From positions 744,001-808,000 of the forward strand of contig LSRY02000040.1 in assembly GCA_001643675.2 (NCBI GenBank): a stretch of DNA of 64,000 bases. The letters are read 5' to 3'. Shown piece by piece: positions 1 to 12,725 of this stretch. Origin of the DNA: Monocercomonoides exilis PA203 (lineage: Eukaryota > Protista > Preaxostyla). A program made the position numbers and the translations under genes. Under the pieces are notes generated by a model. The model was not told where the DNA came from, searched no databases, and saw only the letters and a list, made by a program, of their open reading frames with translations. The stretch's first letter is position 1. The number at the start of each line of letters is the position of its first letter.

Positions 1-1056
1 AGAAAAAATCACATAATCTGCGAAAATGCAACATGAAACGGATTGTCCTTGCGAATGACGCACAACATTGAAAAATGCTGTTGTCTGGAATACTAACAAG
101 ATTCAAAAGAATTTCTCTTTATTATCAGTTTTGCATTTTAAATGAAAACTCCTCAAAAATACAGACATGCCCTTTCAATCACAAATGCAGAGAATTGTTC
201 AATCACTGACGCTTTCAATCTCCTTTTGCATTGTTTCCCATTGTTCCTTTCACCATCATCCTTTTTTCCCCTCACAAATATCCTGCTTCAGATATTGTCA
301 ACAACTTTTTTTACTGAAAAAAAATATCTCTGAATTCAATTCATTCCAAGTGCTATCCAATTGTTTTCATTCTTTATTATCCTTTCAACAAAATGCTGTT
401 TAATCGAATTTGTTTTCATCCACTGTTCCAAATGAAAACAAATTATATGCATTTCCCATCTGATGGTCGTTTCTCGCCATCAAACTCGCTTCTCATGTTC
501 AGCTCAGAAAAATAAAGGAATGAACATTTATGTTGTTAATCAGATTCTTGGGCTCTGAAAAGTCCACAGATGGAGACATCAAAAAAAAGATCAAGAATGG
601 TGAAAAAATAAAAACATTTTAATATTTTCATTCAACAACCAAATTGCTGCATTTCCTTCAATGATTTTTTTATTAAATCATCTCTCTCAATTCCAAAGTC
701 AATTCCCAGCCGTCGCTGTCTCGTTCGACCAAGCAAAATAATATCCCACATACCAAAAGATATATTAATAAACAAACTCTCACCTTGGGCAAAAAAATTA
801 TCATTCGTTTTCAAAGATCATTAATCGATCAAAGAATCCATAACAGCAAACAAACTGAGATTAAGCGTTCTTTTTCTCTGCAATTCCTTTCCAAAAGTGC
901 TTGCACAAAAAGGGTGGTATGAGGAAAGGCATTTCCCTGATAGTTTTGAAAATATTATATTTGTTATTATTTCTCTGCCTCGATTATTCTTTTCATTTGG
1001 ATTGATAAAAATGTTGATGTTTTCCGAATGATGTGCTTTGCTAAAAGTCGAAGGAA

Positions 1057-2475
1057 ATGAGCGTCACCGAAAAGTTCACTGGTTTGCATACATTGCTGCA
1101 TTTGAATTTCTGGTAATTGCATTTCTTTCTTTCATTATAATTTAGAAGCATTGTTTGATGGACTTGAAGAGTGCTATGAGGAGGAACAAAAACAGAAAAT
1201 CGAAGAGATGAATGGATTAATTGAAGAAATGGATGAAGGAGAATTCATAACAGTTTTCACGAAAGATCTATTCAATAAAATTCACCAAATGATAGAAAAA
1301 GAGAAATTGTCATTGGAAGACGCAATCTTGTTGTTGAAGCAATCTGGATATTGCAAGGAATTGAAATGCTTTAATGATTATGCATTTAGTGAATCTTTAT
1401 TGAGTGATCGATTTCAGAAAATGATCTTTGATGAAAATGAGAAGAAGAAAGAAGAAAAGAACGAAAAGCGTCTGATTGACCTCTGTGAATGTTTTGCTTT
1501 GCTGTTTGAAGAACCCGTTTCAGAAGAATTGCTTTTTATCATTATGCCTTGCCTTCTGAAAGTTGCCTCGAAGAAAGAAGAAAACGAGGAAATTCAAAAA
1601 GAAGCGGAAATGGCTTTGCTGGCTTTAAGTAATGTTTACACATATTATGTATGTTCACTTCTATTTCATTTTTGAATTTATTTATTTTGTTTTTCTTGTA
1701 TTTTTATAAGGAAATAAGAAGAAAACTGTATCTGAATGAGATCAAAGCGATCATCAGATATCATCAGGAGCATCACAACCTCACTCGACTTGCCTTTCAA
1801 TCAGCTTGGCAATTTTTGATAAACAGATTTTTCACCAACATAAGCTTGGAAGAAGTGATTATGAATGAACTGCATTTTTCGAAAGAGGCAGCAAGAGAAC
1901 TGGAAGATCTGTCAAAGAGTGTTGACTGGAAGAGAAAAGAAGAGGGAAAAGGAGAAAATGAAGCAAAGGAAGTGCTTGTTATCGAGAGATGGCTTAATGT
2001 TATTGATTTTTACTTTGACTCATGCAGATCATGGAATAGAGAACTTGTTGGACTTTTCTGCAGCATTGTTCAAGTATTTCAAGCATCAAGAGATAATTAC
2101 CCATATACAAGCTCTCAATGCCTTTGTTCATTAAGAAGAGCAGCAGAAAAGAGAAATGTGGAAATTGATGGTTTGTTGAAAAGCGGAGCTATTGGTGCTG
2201 TTGTGGAGGAGATTCAGCAGCCAACAATTAATGATGATATTATGTGGAATGGCTTGCTTTTCTTTTTGAGCATTTCAGAAAGATTGAAAGAAAAGACGGA
2301 TGGAGAAACTACCGAAACAAAACGAAAAGAGTTGAAAAGAAAGATATTTGAAAAGATGGAGGAAGATGGATATGAAGATGTCATAGCTGGATTTCACAAA
2401 GTATTTGATTTTCTTCGCATACAATATCATTACAAATTATCATTGGACTTTTCTGATTATATCGTGAATATTTGA
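1057..2475 (+). CDS. Lineage-specific multicopy helical protein, copy A (3 exons: ~1057-1081, ~1146-1648, 1711-2475), apparently intact
   Basis: ATG-S-V-T-E-K-F-T, then a GTTTG...AG intron. ORFs 1151-1675 and 1651-2475 join in frame across the GT-AG intron 1649-1710. Clear paralogy with 42735-44125 and 44920-46324 (shared CLLKVASKKEENEE, HQEHHNLTRL, KMEEEGYED motifs). Confidence 0.8.
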
Positions 2476-2925
2476 GAAAATGAAACTGCCTTTGTTTTCA
2501 AATATCAAACTTTTTTTTTTTAACGTTGATAAAAGATCCATCATAACTTTGAGCATATGGGACGAAATTTTCTTTTTCTAAATTTTGTTCCACCAGAAAT
2601 TTTTACTTTGATGGCAACGAGAAATAAAACAATACAATTATATATTTTGGTTTGATAATTATTTTTTTTTTTTTCGAAATTACAATAAAAAATATGAATT
2701 TTCCAAGGAAACTCATTTTGTACACAAGTTCATAAAGTTTTTTAATTAAAAAGAACAATAGAGATTCATGATGGAATCAGTCTTTTCTCAGCTGAATACA
2801 ATTCTCCTTCATTTGATTAGCGTCAATAAATGCTTGCAATTTTGTCAGGGCCAAGACCCGGAACACCTCAGTCAAGAATAAGTATTTTGAATGTTTTAAG
2901 TCAGTAATTTATCGGGATCCAAAAA

Positions 2926-3837
2926 ATTTATCGTGACCTAAAATTTCTGGCTGACCAGAGCACTTTTTGAAAAAAATTAAATAATAGAAAATTTTGAATA
3001 TTTTATCATTAGCTAATTCTGAAAATATTTTTTCGTTTGAAAATTTTTGTTATGAGATCTGGTGTTTTTTGTTTTATTTTTAAGATCAAAGACTTGCTCA
3101 TATTTCAACGAGCTTTATGTTTTGAGTGTTTTGAGTTATATCGTTGTTTATAAACTAAACTTCTTTATATTATTGGTAATTTTTCTTTGTTTATCACTTC
3201 ATTTTTTTATTTCTTTTTCCATTTCACAAAATTTCAAAAATATTAGAAACAACTGAAGAGTTTGAAATTATCATGGTTTTTTGAGTTGAAAAATTGTTGA
3301 TAAAAATGATTGAAATGTGTACCGCCTCAATTTTGAAATGAAAGATTGTGATTTTTAACAAAAAAAACAAAAATACGCAAAAAGAAAGTTTTTTGTTAAA
3401 AAAAAATCACGATCATAAAAAATTCGAGATTTTGTAACTTTTACATATCTTTATTTGTTGATAATTCATATATTTTCCCTTTTAAATAAACGAAAAAACT
3501 TATTAATTCAAACGTGTTCTTCAATGTGTTGATATTTAGTGAAGTGGTATAAATAATAAAAAAACGAAGTGTCAAACAATAAAAATAACTAAAATTATAA
3601 AGAAGTTAAGTTTATTAAAAATAACAACACTGAAAAATCTCAAAACATAAAGCTCGTTGAAATATGAGCAAGTCTTTGATCTTAAAAATAAAACAAAAAA
3701 CACCAGATCTCTTAACAAAAATTTTCAAACGAAAAAATATTTTCAGAATTAGCTAATGATAATATATTCAAAATTTTCAATTATTTTATTTTTTCAAAAA
3801 GTGCTCTTGTTAGCCAAAAATTTTAGGTCCCGATAAA
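2926..3837. mobile_element. ~0.9-kb foldback (long inverted repeat) non-autonomous element
   Basis: 2926-~3260 is the reverse complement of ~3510-3837. The outer ~200 bp are near-identical (e.g. TAAGATCAAAGACTTGCTCATATTTCAACGAGCTTTATG / CATAAAGCTCGTTGAAATATGAGCAAGTCTTTGATCTTA) and identity decays inward. No ORF; exact ends and TSD unresolved. Confidence 0.85.
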
Positions 3838-6329
3838 AAAGGGGGATATGACAAATAACTCAATCTATTAAAAACAATACTAATCACAAAACGGCAAGTT
3901 CCAAGTATATAAACAATCGATAAAAAATATTTTTGATATTGCACACGAAAGAAATTACCTCAATAATTAATTAAAAATATGTCTTTTCTGTCGAAAATGC
4001 ATTGAATGAAACTTTCAAATTTTGATTTGATCTATCCCACAAATATTTTCAAACTGTATTGATTTCGTTATTATCTCAAAATGAAAGGTTTGGAGCTTCA
4101 TCTTCTCAAGTGAAAGAATAAAATCTGTTTAATATATAATCATATGCTTCGTTCTGTTTCATTCATTTCTCAGTCAAATGGAATACTGCTTTTTTCATAT
4201 CAATTGTGCTTTATTCCATTCACAAAGCACAATAATTTAAATGATTTTCTCGAAACAGTTTGAGCAGAATTTTCTTTCTCTTCATTCTGCTGGGCTCAGA
4301 AATCAAAAAGAAAAATACAACCTGTTTTTGTTTATTTGCCCTTGACTTCCTTTCCATTCGTCGTCTGAAAGATAATGAATATCAATTAATTTTTGTTGAA
4401 TACGGTCTTTCTTTTTTTTAAATATTATGAAAGAAGGAAAAGGAAAAGGAAAATGAGAACAGCATATTGATTTTGATTGGTTGCCGATTGCTGCATAATA
4501 TCTGGAATGTGTGAGTGCAACGAATGATATAAGGATTGCAATTTGAACATACATGAACTTTCGAAAAAGATAATAAATGCTTTGTTTGAACTTTGAACAT
4601 TAGTGAAGTCAAGGCGAGAATAAAGAGCAGCTGAATAACTGAATGCAATAATCATCGCGAGTTGAGAATTTCATTTTTCAGGCTAATTAATAATAATTTC
4701 TATTGCTGCTAATCATTGCAACTTGCTTGCACTTTTTCAGCCTCATTGTTATCGTTGTTGTTATTAATACTGTTTCGGACTTAACATCCTTAATTTCTGT
4801 CCTTTTCTACAAAATAGCAGTTCATCACGTGAGATACTAATAGAAGTTCTTCATACCAAAAACCAATTTATAAAAACAATTGTAAATATTTTTTAAACCA
4901 AAACAATAATTATGAAAAACATATAAAATAAAAAAGATCATTTTTTTCATTAAAAAAAAATATCAATAAAAAACTTTATCGATATTAGGCCTCTGCGACA
5001 CACATTTTTTGAGTGCAATTTGTCGGTCGAGAAATTTTTCATTTGTCGAAAAAATTGAAATGATTGTTTCTTCACAAACATTGCTTTTCATGAATATATC
5101 CAACTCATCTCAACAAAAACTTTTTGTTTCAGCTGCTTTTTTTTTATTTACCATAATAATTATATTTTATGTGTTTTGAAAACAAATGAGAAAATTTTGA
5201 AAAAAACTGGAGAAGATGTATGAAAGGAATCAAACAGATTGTTGTTTTTTATAAAGAACAATGATTCGGAATGGAAGTTTTTTGAAATGTCTCTGCTGCT
5301 GATGTGGATTTGATTAATGGAGATAATTTTAACGTTGTTTTATAAAATGCTCGAAGAAAAATTACATATGAATAAGAATTGTTCTACTCATCATCATCTT
5401 CTTCCTCCTCTTCCATTTCACCAGTTCCTTAACTTCCGCTCGCTTCAACACAGCCATCTTCCATTGACACTAAATTTCCATTTCATATCACTTCATCACA
5501 GCATTTCACATTTCACTCCGCAACGCCATCTTTCATATCACAAGTACCATCTCCTTCTCATTCTCCTTCTCATTCTCTTTCTCATTCTCTTTCTTATTCT
5601 CTTTCTCTTTCTCTCTCTCTTCTCTATCTATATATCCCACGCAATTCTCCAAACTCTCCTCTTCCTCCTCTTCCTCTTCCTCAAATCTCCTTTATTTGCA
5701 TCTCAAACATTTCCTCGGCAAAATCAGATGAAAATTAACTTTCGTATGCTTTACGATCGTTTTTGAGAAGAATTCTATTTCATCTTCATCATTTTCTTCA
5801 AAACGGTAAAGAAAATGTTTATTTTTCTTTTTTTCTTTTTTTTTTTTAATTATTTTCTGTGTGAAAGAAGGAGAAGAAGAAAAAATATAAGTTGAATTTT
5901 CCGAAAATAACTTTTTCTTTAACCCTTTTTCGATTTTTTCTTCTTTTATTTTATCATCATCATCTTTTTCCTCTTTTTCTTCCATTTGTTTCTCTCTTTC
6001 TCAAAGTTGTGCTTATTTCAAGCAGCATCAATGTGTAGAAGTGTATTTTTGAATAGCCGAAAAGACGTTGTGAGAAGAGGTTTATTTGCTTTTTGCTGAA
6101 ATGACTGATCATGCACTGAAACTTCTGCATATATCCTTTTTTATTCTAAGGCGACAAAAAAGTGTGTTGTTATTTTTCTTATTTGATTTATTCGATTTTT
6201 GAAACAAAAAAGCTATCATATGGTTCGCCACGAGTGCTATTTGTTCAAACAGATCTTATTGTTCAACGTTTGTTGTCAAGAAAATTTCTATCATTGTTTA
6301 ATAAATGACTATTTTTTCTGGTTTTTCTC

Positions 6330-8353
6330 CCAATCTCCTTCCAATTCAAGAATCAGAACTAACTTTCACATTAGTTCCGCACAAGATGCTCACAAAGCTC
6401 ATCAAGGTTTTGCCTTCATATACGATCATCGATGAGCGGAATGCATCGTTTTCACAGGTTGGCGTTATATCGCCAGTGCATTGAGTGATTTTTAAGCAGA
6501 CGATGAAGAAAGAATTGCTCGAGCAAAAAGACTTTATCGAAGCAGAGCTGTTAGAACTGGATCCTTCGCGAAAGAAAAAGAAAGCAGAAGAACAAAATGT
6601 TGATGAAAGCAACACTGAAAATATGGAAGATTCAGAAGAAGACAGAAATCCAAAAGGAAGAAGTGGCAAGCTTTCATCAAAAAGCCAAGTGAAAGACAAA
6701 AGAACTGAGAAAATGAAGGAAAGTCAATTCAAAGAGAAAAAGCCAGAGGAGAAGGAGAGAACGTCTCGTCAAAGTAAAAAAAAACGAAACAAGTTCTGAT
6801 TTTGGAGTGGACATTGAATCTGATAAAATCAGTTCTGGAAGAATCAGAAGAAGAATGTGATAAAGAAGAAAAAGATGATGACTATGAAGGCGAATAAGGC
6901 GGGGAAGCTACACTAAGCGAAGAGAACAAGTTCGAAGATCTGTCGAAGTCGAAGTCGAAGTCGAAGTCGAAGTCGAAGTCGAAGTCGAAGTCGAAGTCGA
7001 AGTCGAAGTCAAAAATAAAATACGTTCCCTTTCTTGGTTCATCCTGGCTGGATCAGAGAGTTTGGTAGCTTGGCGACTTCTGCAAACAAAACAGCATTAC
7101 AGAAAAGGAGCAGACAAAAGAGAGAAACCAAGATTTCAGGTTCTTCACCCTCTCTCTTTCTCTTTTCCCTATTGGTTTTCGCACTCTTTGTGCAGTTGTG
7201 ACACAGCGCCAGCTCTTCTTCGGAAACCGCCCAGAGAATCCTATCGAAGCTGTTCCATTGACACTGAAATTGGAGAATGTTTGTGGGAAGATGGATACAT
7301 CGCTCGAATAGCAGATCAGAACAAAAGTGAATTTCATCAGACTGGCAGAGAATAAAATAGACAATGGTTTGTGCTTTTGAAGAAATTATGTTCAATAATT
7401 CATTAACATTAACTTCTTATTTTTATTTTTTTGTTTATTCATAAATTTAATTTTTCCCATCAGATGATCGGTCTGTCACCATCCTCTCCCGCACACTTCG
7501 TGTTTTCGTGCACAACACCCACAAAATGCTGTCTGAAAAGCCTCTTTCGAATTTTCTTGTGAAAGGCAAAGCTTCTTTAATGCAACTCAATGATGGAAAA
7601 AAGATGAACATTGTCAATTACTTCCCTTCTTCAAAGGCTAAAAAAACATTTTTTGTTCGCTTTTGCATCCGCACCCGTTTTTGACTTTGTGTTTTCTGGT
7701 TGAATTTGAGCTGCTCATTCCGATCCCTCTTCCTCCCCCGACTGTTTCAGACGGCTCTTTTTGCTCTTCGAAGGAAGGGAGATTTGAATACGAAGCGCCA
7801 AAAGTGATGATTCCATACAAGGTGAAGACTAAAATGTGTGTCGTGTGGAAGGAATTCAGGCTGTTTGAGGGGAGTTCGGAGAGAGAGGGAAAAGAGGAAG
7901 GAAACGAGAAAGATGGAGAAGAGAGATAGCGATGATGATGATGATGATGATGATGAAAGTTACGATGATGAAAGCGATGAAGAAGAAGATGATGACGATA
8001 GTGAAGCATTTAGCAAGCCAAGCAAAGGAAAACTTTCGCGAAAGATGTCGAAAAGAAGCTCATACAAAAAAAGTTTATTAACTTCATCATCATCATCATC
8101 TTCTTCTTCTTTGATTGTGAATACTGCTGAAATTTCAATAAAACATCCAATTTCTTCTTCTTCTTCTTCTTCTTCTTCTTCCTCCTCTTCCTCCTCCTCC
8201 TCCTCCTCCTCCTCCTCTTCTTCTTCTTCTTCTCATTCTCATTCTTCCCCCTTTCGCCTTCTCTCTTCTTTCAAACAATTTCTTTCCGATAAATGCGATG
8301 TTCTTCACTTCATCAGACTATTTTTTGATTTCAGCAACCTTCTTTTCTACTGA
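6330..8353 (+). pseudogene. Disrupted intron-containing gene fragment inside the hAT-like element, possibly with an FYR-N-like motif
   Basis: Broken coding-like frames at 6485-6799, 7030-7310, 7663-7929 and 7838-8353, with stops and frameshifts. Intron-like segment ~7367-7463. WIREFGSL...RFFTLSLSLFPIGFRT loosely resembles FY-rich N-terminal domains. Confidence 0.4.
6942..7010. repeat. (GTCGAA)~11.5 hexamer tandem repeat
   Basis: Direct reading of gtcgaagtcgaagtc... Confidence 0.95.
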
Positions 8354-9774
8354 ACTCTTCGGCTTCGCATGCAGCTCCATGTGATCCTTCATCATTATTG
8401 TGGTTTCCTAATATTCATGCCATCTCGCTCACGCACTCCAATAGAGTGACATTTCATTCTCTGGAGTATACAAAATTATTTTAACTTCGTTTCATTCACT
8501 TTTTTGTTTAGAAAATAGGATTTATTCACTTATATGTTATCACCGTTTCATGTTATAAAAAAAGAATCGCATCATATATTTTTGTGCAAATTTTGACTTT
8601 GAACAAAAGATTTTTTCAATTATTAGTAATAACAATAGTCTTCAAACGGCAATTTTATCGTTTCATATAATTGCCACAACAATCAAATGTTATTTTTGAA
8701 ACGATGATCAAATTAGGATTAAAAATCAAAACCAAAAAGATAAAAGAGAACTGTTTGAAATACGCTAAACTTTATTTCCTTATATAAATAATAATCAAAA
8801 AGCCTTGTTTGAGCAATGCAACATTTTATATAAAACTTGTACAAATCATTGAACTTCAAAATAAGAAATCAAAGCTAGCATGATTCAAAAATGAAAAAAA
8901 AGTGAAATCTTTAAGTGAGAGAAAGTCTCAAAATAAAAAAAAATAAGCAATTGTTAAAAAATCATTTAAACACACCTAGATCTGACAACTCGACTGATCT
9001 TTGTCAAACGACTGATCTTTGTTGTTCGTCTGATCTCGACAAAGATCTATCGATAACCCACTAATATTATTAGAATTTCAGAAAAAAAAAAAAAAAAAGA
9101 CAATATTATGATTATTCATTTCCTTAAAAAATAATTAATATTTATAGAGAAAAAAATATTGAAAAAGATTTTATTTCGTTTTTTTTATTAAAAAAATAAA
9201 ATTTATATTTTTAATTTTTTAATAACCAAAAAATATAAACTCGATAAAATTGTCGGTCGAGTTGTCGAGTTGTTTTGAAAATGTCGGTCTGTCGCAGAGG
9301 CCTAATCGATACAATTACGATTTCAATAACATTTAAGTTTCAACAGTGCTTATTTCAAACAATAAACAAATATTTCATATTAGTTAAACCAAGAAAAAGT
9401 TTTGGGATGGATCAAAAGAAAAATGGAAAGTTCATTAAAACACTTTTTCGACTGAAAAAACAAATTTCTAATTTATTTATATTGCGTCGTCTTTCGTTTT
9501 AAACATATCAAATATGTTTTTTCGATGGTCCATTAACTTAAAGCTTGCTGGGAACTGACCCAATACTCGCTTTAGATTAATAATCTCTAAAAAGTTTTTG
9601 TTAAATTTTGTTTTCAGTGTTGCATTTCAAATGAAAGTGGAACTCTCATATACAGTAAAAAATAATTATTATTTCATAAAATATTGTATTTATCAAAAAG
9701 ATATCTGAAACTTGATATTTTTTCAATTATTATTGTAATATAATAGATCAAATTTTAAATTAAAACAGCGTTCA

Positions 9775-12690
9775 ATGAATGAGTTCAATTCTCGTTTAAC
9801 ATTACAGTCTACATTTAGAAATGCATTTTCTTCTATTCAAAAAGCGCAAATGTACGTTGCGGAATCGCTTTCATATGAACAATTACTTTTTCCTGATATG
9901 ATTGCTGCAACGAAATCTGAATTAACGAACAAAACATCCCCTTCATCAAAAAATAAGATTACTCACAGAGATGCCATTTCAATGTATGATGTTCATGAGA
10001 ACAGCGATTTTACTGAGAGTTCCAAAAAAAGAAAATGCGTTAATTCTGCCTTTTGTGAAAATCACTGCCAGAAAAGTATTGACTATATATCAGGAAAAAA
10101 TGTCTTTGCATCTATAGATGAAATTATTGAAAATGCATTTTCTTCACTTCAAAAAGATTCCCCTTTGAACACTTTCAAAGCAAATTTCTCGAAAGGAATC
10201 AGAACATTTACAAATGACATTTTATCATCAAGTGCTAATTTAATAGAAAGACATAAACTTTGTTCGAATGCAACTATACAGACGAAATTAATTGATCAAA
10301 AAGACTTCAAACAATCTTCATTTGAAATATTTCAGCCAGAGTCTTCTTCCAAACTTCAGTCAATTCCAACATCAGATAAGCGTTCGAAATTTAGTATGAA
10401 TTTGCGTATGCGTTCCATTGACAGGAGAATTCCCCCTCCAATGATTTTTAACGCTTCAAAAAGGGCAAATTTGTCTCAAAAAAATGAATTTTCCAAAGAT
10501 TGTCCTTTGAGCAGCTTGAGCCTCAAACAAGCAGAGTCAATTTGTATCGTAAATGAACACGAGACAGCGCCCTCACGAATACCACAGAGAAAAAAAGTGA
10601 GAAAAATACAAAGCAAAGAGACAAACCTCGGAATTCAGACTTCTTCCTTCGAGAATATCAAAAAACAAGCAAAACACGCATGCGATTCTGCGGAAAGGGC
10701 AGTCGAAGAAGCAATGCCAAGCTGCAACAGAGCAGATGCAGACAAGTTATACGAAGATGCTGTGCCGAATGAAGAGAAGCCGGTGAGAAGAATGCAGACG
10801 CGCTCTGAATCGCGCAGACTGGCAGGAAAGAGGGAAGAAGGAGGAGCAAAACAAGCAAGTGGAGACACGGGAAATGCAATATGCAAAGAGAAAGAGAAAG
10901 AGAAGGGGAAGGGCCAAGGGAAAGGGAAAAGAGAAGGAGAAAGGGAAGGAGAAAGAGAAAGAGGAGAAAGAAAAGGAAGAGGGGACGTTGGCTCTAAAGT
11001 TGCACAGGGACGTACAGGAGTAGCAGCAAACAAGAAGGCCAAGGAAAACAAAGCGATAAACAGCAAAGTTGCGCAAAAGAACAAGAAAATTCGCTTGGCT
11101 GAAGAGAAATCCAAAGCAAATGGCAGAAAAGGAGAAGAAGGCCAAGCAGAGAAAAGCGGAAAGAAGGAAAAAGGAAAGAAAATTCGAGTGACATTTGCTC
11201 CGCTTCCAAAAACGCAGCAAGAAGAAAAAGAAGAAGGAGAGAGAGAGAGAGAGAGAAAGAAAGAAAGAGAAAGAGAGAAAGAGGCGATTGAGAAAGAAAA
11301 AGAAAAAAAAGAAGCAAAAGAAGCAAAGAAAGCAACAGAGCTGAGCAAACTGCTGATGACACTTGCTGAAATAACCAGCGCTTCTGAAGAGGCAGCCGAA
11401 AAAGGAGAAGCCAAAGCCAAAGAAATTAGCAATGAAGACAGCGAAGGTTTCAAAGAAGGTGCGATAGAAGGAGAAGGAGAAAGAAAAGGGGAAAGAAAAG
11501 GAGAAGAAGGAGAAGGAGAAGGAGAAGGAGAAGAAATTAAGCTGTTTTCAGACACATTTGAGGTGGCGCTGGCACATGCACTGCATCCGGAAAAGATGAA
11601 TGCAATTGGACAGCAGCAAGAGAAGGAGAAGGAGAAGGAGAAAGAGAAAGAGAAAGAGAAAGAAGAAATAGAAGAAGAAGGAGAAGATGGAGAAGAAGGA
11701 GAAGTTGATGATGAGACTGATAATGATGATGATGAAGGAGAAAGAGAAGGAAATAAAGAAGAGGAGGAAGAAGAAGCCATGAGATTTGATAGCACTTCAG
11801 CAGAAAACGATGAAACATCCAAAGGAAAAATTAGCGAATTTCGCAAAATGCCATTCGAAAACGCAAAAATTTGTTCCGAAAACGGAAATGTTGAGCGGGG
11901 GAATATTTCTTCGTTGCCTGGAAGATACGGCGAAGGAGAAGAGGAAGAGTTTACAGACGATGCACAGTTGATAGACGCACAATTTGAGAGAGGAAGAAAT
12001 GAAATCTGCGGAAATGGCAGAGAAATGGCAGAGGAAGACGAAATGAATGAAGAAGAAAGAGAAAGAGAAAGAGAAAGAGAAGAAGAAGAAGATGATGATG
12101 ATGAAGAGGAAAGAGAAATAGAGAAAACAGAAGTGTTTGTGCCGTTTGAGCAGCTTGACCCTTCTTCTTTGCAGAAGATGGGGTTTACACAGCAGGAAAT
12201 AGAGATGCAAACCAGAAATCCATATTTGTGTGCTTCAAACACAATTCCTTCTTCTTCTCTTTCTTCTTCAATGGTGCCATCAAATGGACGTGAAATAGAT
12301 GCGAATGGTCAGAAAATAAAACCAATGCAATCACTCCACAACATCAGCAACGCATTTTCGGCTGTTGACACACCAGCTGCTAATCCATCATCATCTTCTT
12401 CTTCTTCCTCTTCTTCTTCCTCTTCCTCCTCTTCTTCTTCCCTCGATTCCTCCCTTTCTTCCATTCATTTCGAGCCTTCTTCATTCAACTTGCCTTCTCC
12501 TCTGCCATTCAGCCACTCACTTCACCAAACTGAGTTCACTTCGCCTGCTGAACCTCTTCAAATGACTGCCAATTCTTCTCTTTCTTCTTCTTCTCTTTCT
12601 TCTTCTTCTCTTTCTTCTTCTTCTTCTTCTTTCATTCCACTTCCTGCTGATTTGCTTCAGCAATCATCAATTTCTGCATCTTCTTTTCCA

Positions 12691-12725
<35 letters not shown>

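Larger units (their letters stand above)
4986..9304. mobile_element. hAT-like non-autonomous DNA transposon carrying gene fragments
   Basis: Perfect 15-bp TIRs TAGGCCTCTGCGACA (4986-5000) / TGTCGCAGAGGCCTA (9290-9304). Flanked by ATCGATAT (4978-4985) and ATCGATAC (9305-9312), a 7/8 match 8-bp TSD. Clustered subterminal GTCG/TCGA motifs at both ends. TAGG termini and 8-bp TSDs are typical of hAT. Confidence 0.8.

Noticed and set aside
1-800. Short ORFs and coding-like minus-strand sequence at the window start
   Set aside because: Too degraded and truncated to assign.
2843-3853. TGTCA...TGACA as the true ends of the foldback element
   Set aside because: Only 5-7 bp match, sequence just inside does not pair, and there is no TSD.
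6942-7010. CRISPR-like array
   Set aside because: Pure tandem hexamer with no spacers, in a eukaryotic context.
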